Shown in pieces: positions 31,381 to 41,338 of a DNA stretch of 64,000 nucleotides. The first letter of the stretch is position 1. Each line of letters opens with the position of its first letter. The notes under the pieces are model-generated. The model ran no database searches and had not been told where the DNA came from. It saw only the letters and a program-made list of their open reading frames with translations. The DNA is from an uncultured Gemmatimonadaceae bacterium (GTDB lineage: Bacteria; Gemmatimonadota; Gemmatimonadetes; Gemmatimonadales; Gemmatimonadaceae), in NCBI GenBank assembly GCA_963716745.1, contig OY970320.1, positions 2,912,001 to 2,976,000 on the forward strand, in the 5' to 3' direction. The position numbers were made by a program, and so were the translations under genes.

Positions 31381-32483
31381 ACGCGCTCCACGCGCATCAC
31401 CTGGTCACCGGTGAGGAGGCGCGTTCCCGCCGCGAGCAGGCGCTCGCCGCGCGCGGCGACCGCGACACCGTTGCGGCTGCCGAGGTCTGCGATGGTGAAC
31501 TCCCCGTCCTGCGAGCGGATCTCCGCGTGCCGCGCGCTCATCGTCTGGTCGTGCGCGAAGGTCCAGTCGCCGGTGTCGCGTCCGAGCGTGACCATGCCGC
31601 GGTCGGTCAGGTGGAACACGTCGCGCACCGTGCCATCGGAGCGCAGCTGTACGAGCTGGCCCGCCTCGCCCGCCGGCACCAGCGAACCGATGCGGCGCGT
31701 GCCATGCTCATCCGGCGGCGCCTCGCCGTGCGTGGGCGCTTGGCGGAACTGGATGAGCTGCGAACCGATGAGCAGCACGTCCTCATGCTGCAGCCGGTAC
31801 GGCTCGTCGATGAAGAGCCAGGTGCGATTCGCCGAGTCGAGATCGCGCACGTACAGCGCCCCATCGCGCAGGATGAACTCGGCGTGGCGCGGCGAGAGAT
31901 ATTCGTCGCCGGGGAAGGCGATGTCGCATTCGCCGCGGCCCACCGTCATCGTCGCGCGGTCGAGTTCCACGACCTGCTTCGGCTCGCCCGCTTCGTCGAG
32001 CACCAGCAGCCGCGCGGTGACGTCGCGCCGCTTCGCCGAGAAGACGAGCGTCTTCTTGGGCGTGCCGGGCTTCTTCTCCGGCTGGGCGACGGGAGTGCCA
32101 CACGCGGCGCAGAAGGCATCGAACTCGGGCCGCACCGTGTTGCCGCACGTCGGGCAGGCGGCCGCGGGCGTGAGCGTCGCGTCGGTGCGGCGGCCGCAGT
32201 GCGGGCAGAAGGGCAGGCCGCTCTCGATCACGTTCGAGCACCAGCCGCAGGTGATCACGGCGCCCGGCGCATTGTGCCGAGTGGGATTGACGATGGAGAT
32301 CGCGGGTTGCGCACCGGTGATGCGGCGCACACTGGGACTGGGCCGCCGGTGCGACGGGATGCGCGGCGAGCGCTCGGCGGGCGCGGACGACGATGCGGAC
32401 GCGTTGGCCAGCGGCTTTCCGCAATCGACGCAGAAACGCGAATCCTGCGCGTTCGTCTGGCCACAGAAACCACAGGGATTCAA
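31377..32483 (-). CDS. Zinc-ribbon + tandem FHA domain protein
   Basis: Six CxxC pairs; two FHA domains (VGR..SPRH..SANRT; LGR..SARH..SRNG). Confidence 0.9.
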   Translation of the reverse strand: MNPCGFCGQTNAQDSRFCVDCGKPLANASASSSAPAERSPRIPSHRRPSPSVRRITGAQPAISIVNPTRHNAPGAVITCGWCSNVIESGLPFCPHCGRRTDATLTPAAACPTCGNTVRPEFDAFCAACGTPVAQPEKKPGTPKKTLVFSAKRRDVTARLLVLDEAGEPKQVVELDRATMTVGRGECDIAFPGDEYLSPRHAEFILRDGALYVRDLDSANRTWLFIDEPYRLQHEDVLLIGSQLIQFRQAPTHGEAPPDEHGTRRIGSLVPAGEAGQLVQLRSDGTVRDVFHLTDRGMVTLGRDTGDWTFAHDQTMSARHAEIRSQDGEFTIADLGSRNGVAVAARGERLLAAGTRLLTGDQVMRVERV

Positions 32484-32625
32484 GCTGATGCCTCGGGGGG
32501 TGTCCCGGGTAAGACGCTTAAGGATGCGAACAAGTCAACAGTATCGTCAACCAACCGCAAGACGGAAAATGACTTATATCACATCCGCCTCCCCCGCGGT
32601 TGGCCGGGGTGCTAGCTTCCTCGCC

Positions 32626-34548
32626 ATGCGAGTCCCAAGAATCGCCAGACTGGCGGCCGCTGCCTGGTTCGCGGCCGGTTGTGCGAGCGCCGGCGGCCCG
32701 AAAACGGAAGCGCCCGCCGCCAGTCCTGCGGCCGCTGGCGAGGGTGCGGGAGCCGGTGCGCCGGCGCTGCCGCCGATCCCCGAGGTGACCGGAAAGCTCG
32801 TTATCCGCGTGGTCTATCCCACGCCTGAGCACGTGATCGAGTCGCGCGATTCGAATTTCGTCATGGGGTCGGTGGGGAACGGCAAGGCGACGCTCACGAT
32901 AAACGGCACGCCCGTGCCGGTCGCGCCGAACGGCGCATTCCTCGCGTTCCTGCCGCTGCCGCCGCGCGAGACTTCGCGCTACGATCTGGTGGCGACCGCC
33001 GGCGCCGACACCGCGAGCCTGGCGTATACGATCAAGCTGCCATTGCCGGTGGTGCACTTCGCGCCGCTCGGTGTGCTCACGTACGACAGTTCCAGCGTGG
33101 TGCCGGCGCCCTCGGCGCGCCTCGCGCTTCGCGACGATGAGATGGTGCGCGTCTCGATCCGCGCGCCCTCGAACGCCACCGTGGTCTGGCGCGGCGACGC
33201 GGGCGCCGGAGCGCCGCTCGTGAACGGCGCCGCGCCACTCGGCGCGCGGCTCTTCGGCACTCCCGGCGCCGTAGCGCCCACATGGAAGAACGGAGGCGAT
33301 CCCGAACAATTCGCGGTGGATCTTCCGGCGCGGCTGCTCCGCGCGCGCACCGAACTCGTGATCGCGCGCGGCGACGATACGCTGCACGTATTGTTGGGCA
33401 GCGTCGCGCCCGCCCCGACGCCCGGCACCCTCGTGATGCTCGGCGCCGACAGCTCGAGCGTGAGCGACACCGACCGCACCGTGATCGGGCGGCCCATTCC
33501 CGCCGGTACGTACAAGTGGTTCCTCTTCCCGGGCACGGTCGTGCCGGTCACGGGCTGGAACGGCGACTTCGCGCGCGTTCGGCTTGACGGGTCGCTCGAG
33601 ATCTGGGTGAGCGCGTCCGAGACCCGATTGCTGCCGGCCGGATCGCCGGCGCCGCGTCGAGTCACTGGGCAGGCGCGCATCATTCCCGCGCCCGGCTGGG
33701 TGGACTTCGTGGTCCCCACGGGCGCGCGGCCGGCGTTCTTCGTGGAAGAAGACGCGCACGATCTGGTGCTCACGCTCTACGACACACAGTTCAGCACCGA
33801 CCTCATCCACTACGGCGAGAACGATTCGCTGGTGCGCGCGGCACAGTGGACGCCCGACGCGAGTGACCGCGGCCATTTCACGCTGCATCTCGCGCAAGCG
33901 CCGTACGGCTACCTCGTGATGTGGGACAAGGACCGCGCGTCCGTGGTGCTGCGCGTGCGCCGCCCGCCGGCGGTGGATCCGCACGCCCCGCTCAAGGGAA
34001 TGCTCATCGCCGTGGATCCGGGCCATCCGCCGATCGGCGCCACCGGACCCACCGGACTGTACGAGCCAGTGCCCACGCTCGCGATCGGGTTCGAGGTGAA
34101 GCGGCTGCTCGAAGCCGAGGGCGCCACGGTGTACATGACGCGCACCACTGCCGATCCCGTCGCGCTCAACGACCGCCCCACCATGATCCGCCGCTCGAAC
34201 GCGAACGCCGCCGTGTCGATCCACTTGAACGCGCTGCCCGACGGTGTGAATCCGTTCATCTCGAACGGCACCGGCGCCTATTACTTCTGGCCGCAGTCCA
34301 TTCCGCTCGCGCGCGAGCTGCAGCTCGGCATGGTGAGCCGCATGGGACTCAGGAACCTCGGCATCAACTACGACAACCTCGCGCTCGCGCGTCCCACCTG
34401 GATGCCGGCGGTGCTCTGCGAAGGTGCGTTCCTGATGCTGCCCGACCAGGAGGCGGCCCTCCGCACGCCAGAATTCCAGCGCGCATACGCGCGCGGCGTG
34501 GTGGACGGCCTGGAACGGTATTTCCGCTCGCTCGCTTCCGCGAAATGA
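32626..34548 (+). CDS. N-acetylmuramoyl-L-alanine amidase (Amidase_3) lipoprotein
   Basis: Lipobox FAAGC; C-terminal DPGH, E, SIHLNA, LCEGAF Zn/catalytic motifs. Confidence 0.9.
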   Translation: MRVPRIARLAAAAWFAAGCASAGGPKTEAPAASPAAAGEGAGAGAPALPPIPEVTGKLVIRVVYPTPEHVIESRDSNFVMGSVGNGKATLTINGTPVPVAPNGAFLAFLPLPPRETSRYDLVATAGADTASLAYTIKLPLPVVHFAPLGVLTYDSSSVVPAPSARLALRDDEMVRVSIRAPSNATVVWRGDAGAGAPLVNGAAPLGARLFGTPGAVAPTWKNGGDPEQFAVDLPARLLRARTELVIARGDDTLHVLLGSVAPAPTPGTLVMLGADSSSVSDTDRTVIGRPIPAGTYKWFLFPGTVVPVTGWNGDFARVRLDGSLEIWVSASETRLLPAGSPAPRRVTGQARIIPAPGWVDFVVPTGARPAFFVEEDAHDLVLTLYDTQFSTDLIHYGENDSLVRAAQWTPDASDRGHFTLHLAQAPYGYLVMWDKDRASVVLRVRRPPAVDPHAPLKGMLIAVDPGHPPIGATGPTGLYEPVPTLAIGFEVKRLLEAEGATVYMTRTTADPVALNDRPTMIRRSNANAAVSIHLNALPDGVNPFISNGTGAYYFWPQSIPLARELQLGMVSRMGLRNLGINYDNLALARPTWMPAVLCEGAFLMLPDQEAALRTPEFQRAYARGVVDGLERYFRSLASAK

Positions 34549-37436
34549 GACGTGGAAGGGCGCCCTTCGCGGCGCTGTGCTCGCTCGTGCTGTTGTGCGG
34601 CGCGGGACGCGCCGCGGCGCAGAGCGTGCCGCCCGACGGGAGCTGGCGCACGATCACGACGGCGCATTTCCGCGTGCATTTCCTGCCGCAAGTCGAAGGC
34701 CCCGCGAGGCGCGCGGCGGCGCAAGCCGAGATCGCCTACGCCAAGCTGGCGAAGCACCTCCACACGCCGCGCGGCGTCGTGGATCTCGTGATCGCCGACA
34801 ACGTGGATTTCTCGAACGGATTCACGACGGTCTTCCCCACCAATCGAATCACGATCTACGCGCTGCCCGGGCTCGACGATCCGTCGCTCGAATTCTACGA
34901 CAGCTGGTTCGAGCAGATCACGACGCACGAACTCACGCACACCTTCCAGCTCGACCGCACCGCCGGATGGTGGGCGATCGGGCAGGACATGCTCGGCCGC
35001 GCGCCGCTGCTCTTCCCGAACACGTACGAGCCGGCGTGGATGACCGAGGGGCTCGCCGTGTACTACGAGAGCGCGCTCACCGACGCGGGACGTGTGAACG
35101 GCACGATCTCCTCGATGGTGGTGCGCTCCACGGCGCAGAAGAACGCGCTGCCCTACTACGATCGCTGGAGCCTCGCGACCACGGTCTATCCGTACGGCAA
35201 CACCTCGTACGATTACGGCGCGGAGTTCCTGGACTATCTCGCGACCGTACACGGCGAGCCAACGCTCGGCGATCTCGTGGAGCGTGCGAGCCGCCGGCCC
35301 ATCCCGTTCACCTACAATGGCGCCGCGAGCGGCGCGTTCGGCATCTCGTTCGCCGACGCGTGGCAGCGGTGGCGCGATTCGCTCGCGCTCTCGGTGCACG
35401 GTCTTCCGCCCGCGGCCGAGCCGATGCCGGGATGGCACGATCTCACGCACACCGGCTACGACGCGGTCCGCCCACGCTGGGCGGACGATGGCACGCTTCT
35501 CTACGCCGGCAATCTCGGCAAGAGCTTCACCGCGGCGTATTCGCTCGACACCACGGGCGCCGAGCGGAGCGAAGGGCGCCGCAACAGCTTCGACACGCAG
35601 GTGCCGATGTCCAACGGCGGGATTTTGTATGCGCAGCTCGAGTACACCGATCCATATCACGTGCGATCCGATCTCTACACGGAACTGGCCGGCAAGAAGA
35701 CCAAGCTCACGCACGGTGCGCGTCTCGCGCAGCCGGACGCGCGCGGCGACGGCGCGATCGTGGCGGTGCGCTACGAACCCGCGACCACCACGCTCGTACG
35801 CGTGAGCGCCGACGGCCGCGCGATCACGCCGCTCACCGGCACCGCGGCCGACACCGAATGGGCCGAGCCGCGCTGGTCACCGAACGGCGCGCTCATCGCG
35901 GCCACGCGCTGGACGCGCGGCGCCTACGCCGACGTCGTGGTGATGGACACGACCGGACGGATCGTGCGGGTGTTCACGCACGACCGCGCATTCGACGCGT
36001 CGCCGTCGTGGAGCCCCGACGGGCGCGCGGTGCTCTTCACGTCCAACCGCACCGGCGCGCAGAACGTGTACATCGCGCTCGTCGACGGCGATGCGCCGCC
36101 GCGCCGCATCGGGAACGCGAGCTCGGGCATGTTCTATCCATCGCTCAGTGCCGACGGTCGCACGCTCGCCGCCGTGCGCTACGACGCCGACGGTGACCAT
36201 GTGGGCGTCGCGCCGTTCGACACGAGCGGCGCCGCGCCCACGCCGCTCGACAGCTCGTTCCTGGCGCCGCCCTACGCTGCGGCGGCGAGCGACACGTCGG
36301 CGTCTACGTCGTACTCACCCTTCCCCGCGCTCTGGCCGCATTACTGGCTGCCTGCGATCGGGTTCAACACGCTGAACGGCATCACGCTCGGCGCGTACAC
36401 GAGTGGCAGCGACGTGATCGGGCGCCATGTCTACTATGTGCAGGCGCTGTTCGACCCGTGGCACTACCAGAATGTGTTCGATGCGGCGTACGCCTACGCG
36501 GGGCTGGGCCAGCCGGTCATGTCGCTGGAAGCGACGCAATACTGGGATCAGTTCAACGATCCGATCGGACCATCGGGCGGAACGCTGTTCCGGCGCACGC
36601 GCGCGATGAACCTCACGGCCACCGTGCGGCGCCTGCGCGTGTATTCCACGGCGTTCGCGTCGCTCTCCGCCGGGATCCTGCAGAAGCACTACACGACCAC
36701 GCCCGACTCGCTGCTGCCTCTGCTGCCGGCCTACTATTCGAGCGATCCCGATTTCTGGTCCGTCGGCGCGGCAGCGGGCTACGCGAACGCGGCGACGCCG
36801 CCCACCGGTGTGTCGCCCGAGGACGGGATCAGCACGAACGTCGCCGCGACGTTCCGCTGGCTCGACGGCGAGAGCGCTCTCTGGTCGCAGAGCCTGCAGG
36901 CATCGATGAGCGGCTACGTCGCGCTCGCGCACGGCAGCTTCGCGCATCCGGTGCTTCGCGCGCGCGTGGCGGCCGGGGCCACGAGCGGCAGCAATCCGAT
37001 GCTCTTCGATCTGGGCGGCGTGAGCGGCGGAGGCGTGGTGCTGCTGCCCGGCGTAACGCTCGGCTCGCCGCGCTACTTTCCGGTGCGTGGCTTCACGGCG
37101 GGCGTGGAGAGTGGCGAGCGGATCGTGTCGGGCACGGTGGAGCTCGTGCTGCCGCTGGCCGGCATCCATCACGGCTTTGGATTCTTCCCGATCTTCCTCG
37201 ATCGCAGCAGCCTGACACTATTCAGCGACGCCGGCAGCTCCTGGGCGCCCGGCGAATCCGGCGGCGCGAGCACACGACCCATCGCCTCCGCCGGCGCCGA
37301 GGTCACGATCTTCGTGGGCGTACCATATGATGCGGCGTACGCGCTCCGGTTCGGCGTGGCAGTTCCCTACGAGAACCAGAGCGGCGTCGCGACGCCCGCC
37401 GTGACGTTCTATTTCACGTTGGGAGTGGGCAACTAA
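34545..37436 (+). CDS. Exported metallopeptidase-like + TolB/PD40 propeller + Omp85-type barrel protein
   Basis: Signal peptide; HELTH..EGLA gluzincin motif; PRWSPNG, PSWSPDG, PSLSADG repeats; VRGF barrel motif. Confidence 0.8.
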   Translation: MRRGRAPFAALCSLVLLCGAGRAAAQSVPPDGSWRTITTAHFRVHFLPQVEGPARRAAAQAEIAYAKLAKHLHTPRGVVDLVIADNVDFSNGFTTVFPTNRITIYALPGLDDPSLEFYDSWFEQITTHELTHTFQLDRTAGWWAIGQDMLGRAPLLFPNTYEPAWMTEGLAVYYESALTDAGRVNGTISSMVVRSTAQKNALPYYDRWSLATTVYPYGNTSYDYGAEFLDYLATVHGEPTLGDLVERASRRPIPFTYNGAASGAFGISFADAWQRWRDSLALSVHGLPPAAEPMPGWHDLTHTGYDAVRPRWADDGTLLYAGNLGKSFTAAYSLDTTGAERSEGRRNSFDTQVPMSNGGILYAQLEYTDPYHVRSDLYTELAGKKTKLTHGARLAQPDARGDGAIVAVRYEPATTTLVRVSADGRAITPLTGTAADTEWAEPRWSPNGALIAATRWTRGAYADVVVMDTTGRIVRVFTHDRAFDASPSWSPDGRAVLFTSNRTGAQNVYIALVDGDAPPRRIGNASSGMFYPSLSADGRTLAAVRYDADGDHVGVAPFDTSGAAPTPLDSSFLAPPYAAAASDTSASTSYSPFPALWPHYWLPAIGFNTLNGITLGAYTSGSDVIGRHVYYVQALFDPWHYQNVFDAAYAYAGLGQPVMSLEATQYWDQFNDPIGPSGGTLFRRTRAMNLTATVRRLRVYSTAFASLSAGILQKHYTTTPDSLLPLLPAYYSSDPDFWSVGAAAGYANAATPPTGVSPEDGISTNVAATFRWLDGESALWSQSLQASMSGYVALAHGSFAHPVLRARVAAGATSGSNPMLFDLGGVSGGGVVLLPGVTLGSPRYFPVRGFTAGVESGERIVSGTVELVLPLAGIHHGFGFFPIFLDRSSLTLFSDAGSSWAPGESGGASTRPIASAGAEVTIFVGVPYDAAYALRFGVAVPYENQSGVATPAVTFYFTLGVGN

Positions 37437-37563
37437 CAGCTTGACAGGATGAACATGATTGGCTTGATGGACGTCGCCCCTCGAGGATCTCGGCGCCGTA
37501 ACCCCAAAGCAGTCATCCTGTTAATCATGCCCTTAATCATGTAATCCTGTCAAAGCTCTTGTT
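37435..37563. repeat. Degenerate foldback element, family C (GACAGGAT/ATCCTGTC)
   Basis: AACAGCTTGACAGGATGAACATGATTGGC...AATCATGTAATCCTGTCAAAGCT; homologous to 44364-44461. Confidence 0.85.
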
Positions 37564-37958
37564 TTTTTAACGTGTTTCCAGGCAAGTCGCCTCGCGAATC
37601 ACGTCATTTTGCACCGAAAGGTCGGTCATGATTTCGTCGCTTCTCGATACGAATCCCGTGCATCGTTACATGTGTAACCTATTGTAACCTTGTCATTTGT
37701 CTGGTAGTCGTTATTATGCTTCCCTCCGGCTTCGGCCGGGCTTTTCTGCGGCGCGCGCACCGAAGGGTGTACGGCGCCGCGGTGTCGTTCGAGGGTCTCC
37801 GGATCGGCAGGTCTTGCGGTAACGCATTGCCGTTGAGTCGTTTACCGTCGTATTTGTGCGGATACACGAGCCGCATTTCGTGAATCGCGCTTGTGTGTCT
37901 CGCATTGCCGTTCTAAGTCTCAAGCAGCATTCGCTTCATCTTCAAGGAGAGCTCCGAC

Positions 37959-40448
37959 ATGTCCCTGCCCGCCAAGCCCCCCGCGATTCCCGCCTCGCTC
38001 AGTGACAACGCCCGGATCGTGCTCGAGAAGCGCTATCTGGTGAAGAACGAGAAGGGGAAGCCTGTCGAGACGCCCGAATCACTCTTCTGGCGGGTAGCGA
38101 CGGTGGTCGCGGGCGCTGATGCGCGGTATGGCGCGAGCGAGGGCGCGGTGGAGACCGTCGCCGAGGAGTTCTACGCGCTCATGACGCAGCGCCGCTTCGA
38201 GCCGAACTCGCCGACGCTCATGAATGCCGGCCGTCCGCTCGGACAGCTCTCGGCGTGCTTCGTGCTGCCGGTGGAGGATTCGCTGTCGAACGGCCACACC
38301 GGCATCTACGACACGCTGCGCTCCATGGCGCTCATCCATCAGTCGGGCGGCGGCACGGGATTCTCGTTCTCGCGCCTGCGCCCCAAGGGCTCCATGGTGC
38401 GCTCCACCACCGGCGTGGCGAGCGGCCCCGTGTCGTTCATGAAGCTCTACGACGCGAGCACCGATGCGGTGAAGCAGGGCGGCACGCGCCGCGGCGCGAA
38501 CATGGGGATCCTGCGCGTGGATCACCCGGACATCATGGACTTCATCACGTGCAAGGAAGACCTGACGCAGATCGTGAACTTCAACATCTCCGTCGCCGTG
38601 ACGGACATGTTCATGAAGGCCGTGCGCGCGGGCGCCGAATACGATCTCGTGGATCCGGTCACGAAGAAGGTGACGGGCACGCTCGACGCGCGCATGGTGT
38701 GGGACAAGATGATCGACGGCGCGTGGCGCACCGGTGAGCCGGGCTGCTTCTTCATCGACGAGGCCAACCGCTTCAACCCGGTGCCGCACCTCGGCACGTA
38801 CGAAGCGACGAATCCGTGCGGCGAGCAGCCGCTGCTCGCGTACGATGTCTGCAATCTGGGCTCGGTCAACGTCGGCTACTATGTGAAGGATGGCGCGCTG
38901 GATTGGGAGGCGTTCCGCCGCGACATCCAGCTCTCGACGCACTTCCTCGACAACATCATCGACGTCAACAAGTACCCACTGGCCGAGATCGACGATCTCA
39001 GCAAGCGGATCCGCCGCATCGGCCTCGGCCTCATGGGCTTCGCCGACGTGCTCGTGCGTCTCGGCATCCCGTACGATTCCGAGGAGGGCGTGGAGCTGGG
39101 CCGCAAGGTCATGGAGTTCCTGGACGTCGAATCGAAGAAGGAGAGCGAGCGCCTCGCGAAGGAGCGCGGCGCGTTCCCGGAGTGGGAGCGTTCCATTTGG
39201 GGCCCTGACGAGACCTGCGCGCGCGACGCGATGGGCAAGCGCATTCGTCCGATGCAGATGCTGCGCAATTGCAACGTGACCACGATCGCGCCCACCGGCA
39301 CGATCTCGATCATCGCCGGCTGCTCGTCGGGTCTCGAACCGCTCTTCGCGGTGGCGTTCATGCGCAATCAGGCGGGCGCGATGATGCCCGACGTGAACGA
39401 GGACTTCACGGCGATCGCGAAGCGCGAGGGCTGGTACAGCGACGCGCTCATGGAGCGGATCGCGAAGGAAGGGCACGTGGCGTTCGCCGAGGTGCCGGAG
39501 CGCTGGCAGCGCGTGTTCGTGACGGCGAACCAGATCGCACCCGAATGGCACATGCAGATGCAGGCGGCGTTCCAGAAGCACTGCGATTCCGCGATCTCGA
39601 AGACGACGAACTTCGCGCACACGGCGACGGTGGACGACGTCCGCACGATCTACGAGATGGCGTACGCGCTGAAGGCGAAGGGCGTCACGGTGTACCGCGA
39701 CGGTTCGCGCGACAACCAGGTGCTGTGCACGGGCGCCACGGAGACGGCGAAGGCGGTGCGCGAGGGCGGAACGGATTCGAAGCGCGAACTCGGCGAGCTC
39801 GCCGGCGAACTCGCGGAGAAGAACGCGGACATCGAACGGCTCAAGAAGGCGCTGTACGACGCGGAAGCGGAGAACCTCCAGCGCCGCGCGAAGCGTTCGC
39901 GTCCCGACAAGCTCCGCTCGACGTCGATCCGCAAGGAGACGCCGCTCGGCATCATGTTCGTGCACATCACCGAGGACGACCGCGGGCAGCCGTTCGAAGT
40001 GTTCATCACGCTCGGCAAGGCGGGCGGCAGCGCGATGGCCGACGCCGAAGCGGTGGGGCGGCTCATCTCGCTCGCGCTGCGCTCGGGGATCCCGCTGCCG
40101 GAGATCCACCGCCAGCTGCGCGGCATCAGCTCCGACCGCGCGGTGGGCCTCGGTCCGAACAAGGTGCTCTCGATGCCCGACGCGATCGGCCTGGCGCTCG
40201 AGGAATGGTGGCGCGACAAGCAGGGCGTGCAGCAGGAACTGCTCGCCGACGCGTCATCGAAGCCCGGCACCGCGCCGGCGCGCGAGCAGATCACCGCGAG
40301 CACGCAGAGCGGCGCGCAGACGCAAATGAAGTTCGACGGCCCGACCTCCGAGACCTTCATGGGCACGTGCCCCGACTGCGGATCGCAACTCGAGTACGCC
40401 GAGGGCTGCGTGAAATGCCACGTGTGCGGCTTCAGCGAATGCGGCTGA
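37959..40448 (+). CDS. nrdJ: Adenosylcobalamin-dependent (class II) ribonucleotide reductase with C-terminal TSCPD/Zn-ribbon
   Basis: PNSPTLMNAG, LSACFV, RRGANM, TNPCGEQPL, TIAPTGT, AISKT, TVYRDGSR, CPDC..CHVC; RBS AAGGAG. Confidence 0.95.
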   Translation: MSLPAKPPAIPASLSDNARIVLEKRYLVKNEKGKPVETPESLFWRVATVVAGADARYGASEGAVETVAEEFYALMTQRRFEPNSPTLMNAGRPLGQLSACFVLPVEDSLSNGHTGIYDTLRSMALIHQSGGGTGFSFSRLRPKGSMVRSTTGVASGPVSFMKLYDASTDAVKQGGTRRGANMGILRVDHPDIMDFITCKEDLTQIVNFNISVAVTDMFMKAVRAGAEYDLVDPVTKKVTGTLDARMVWDKMIDGAWRTGEPGCFFIDEANRFNPVPHLGTYEATNPCGEQPLLAYDVCNLGSVNVGYYVKDGALDWEAFRRDIQLSTHFLDNIIDVNKYPLAEIDDLSKRIRRIGLGLMGFADVLVRLGIPYDSEEGVELGRKVMEFLDVESKKESERLAKERGAFPEWERSIWGPDETCARDAMGKRIRPMQMLRNCNVTTIAPTGTISIIAGCSSGLEPLFAVAFMRNQAGAMMPDVNEDFTAIAKREGWYSDALMERIAKEGHVAFAEVPERWQRVFVTANQIAPEWHMQMQAAFQKHCDSAISKTTNFAHTATVDDVRTIYEMAYALKAKGVTVYRDGSRDNQVLCTGATETAKAVREGGTDSKRELGELAGELAEKNADIERLKKALYDAEAENLQRRAKRSRPDKLRSTSIRKETPLGIMFVHITEDDRGQPFEVFITLGKAGGSAMADAEAVGRLISLALRSGIPLPEIHRQLRGISSDRAVGLGPNKVLSMPDAIGLALEEWWRDKQGVQQELLADASSKPGTAPAREQITASTQSGAQTQMKFDGPTSETFMGTCPDCGSQLEYAEGCVKCHVCGFSECG

Positions 40449-40473
40449 GCTAAGTCGCAGTGCCGGATCGACG

Positions 40474-40510
40474 AGCGGGCCAGGTGCGATGCGCTTGGCC
40501 CGCTTTTTTT
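40474..40510 (+). terminator. Intrinsic terminator after nrdJ
   Basis: AGCGGGCCA...TGGCCCGCT stem followed by a T7 run. Confidence 0.8.
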
Positions 40511-40542
40511 CTCGGTGCGCCATTCTCGATCCGAGCGCTCAG

Positions 40543-40773
40543 GAAGGATCACGCGAACTGCTTCAACGCGGATTATGCGGAAGCGGCGAATGATGCGCGG
40601 ATCGTTCTAGGCGCGATGAGAGCTATTCGCAGCCGGTCGAGTTCGTGTTGTTGTTGTTAACAGCAAAAGACAAGACGCTGACTGGGTGCATGATAGCTGT
40701 GACGCTCCGCGGAGTAATCCGCCAGATTCGCTGACTCCGCATGATCCGCGTCGAAGCAGTTCCGTGATCCTTT
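40543..40773. repeat. ~230-bp foldback element upstream of the GxxExxY gene
   Basis: Arms 40543-40591 and 40726-40773 are near reverse complements and contain AACTGCTT / AAGCAGTT; partially palindromic AT-rich centre. Confidence 0.88.
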
Positions 40774-40871
40774 CTCATGAGCCTATGAACCCAAGATCGC
40801 GCCGCATGATCGGGTGGTTCATGCGAGCGAAAGATGATGCATCGATGAGACGAGACATGCGATGATCCGGG

Positions 40872-41289
40872 ATGGCACGATATCGATTTGATCGAGGACG
40901 GATCACCACAGTGTCATCGGCGCGTTCTACGAGGTCTATAGGATTCTTGGATTCGGCTTCCTTGAGCACATCTACGCTGCGGCGCTCGAGCGTGAATTGC
41001 TGTCGCGCGGCCACCACGTGAGCCGAGAGGTCGGTGTCGGATCAGTACAAGGACGAGGAGATCGGCCGTTCAGCGCATGGACATGGTGGTGGATCAGCGA
41101 GTCATCGTCGAGATCAAGGCGACATCGAACTGCTGCACGCCAGCGCCGAAGCGGCAGCTCTTCAACTATCTTCGTGCGACCGACTGGACGGTTGGCCTTC
41201 TGCTGCACTTCGGGCTGAGGCGCGGAGTTCCGGCGCCTGGTCTCGACGCGGCCGGTGAGGGGTGCGAACTGGGCGCGCGGGGGCGATAA
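40872..41289 (+). pseudogene. GxxExxY family (PD-(D/E)XK-like nuclease) gene with multiple indels
   Basis: SVIGAFYEVYRILGFGFLEHIYAAALERELLSRG (GFLEHIY at 40955-40975), QYKDEEIG, RMDMVVDQRVIVEIKA, QLFNYLRAT..VGLLLHFG in shifting frames; not a single ORF in the track. Confidence 0.88.
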
Positions 41290-41338
41290 ATTCGGACTCG
41301 CGTCATCCGGCACCATCCGACCTTGAATGAGGGGACCT

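Noticed and set aside
26962..32483. Type VI secretion locus
   Set aside because: Only kinase/phosphatase/FHA genes are present; no tss, hcp or vgrG
37564..37958. Cobalamin riboswitch or NrdR boxes upstream of nrdJ
   Set aside because: The conserved B12-element and NrdR consensus segments were not recognisable by eye; an Rfam/PWM scan is needed
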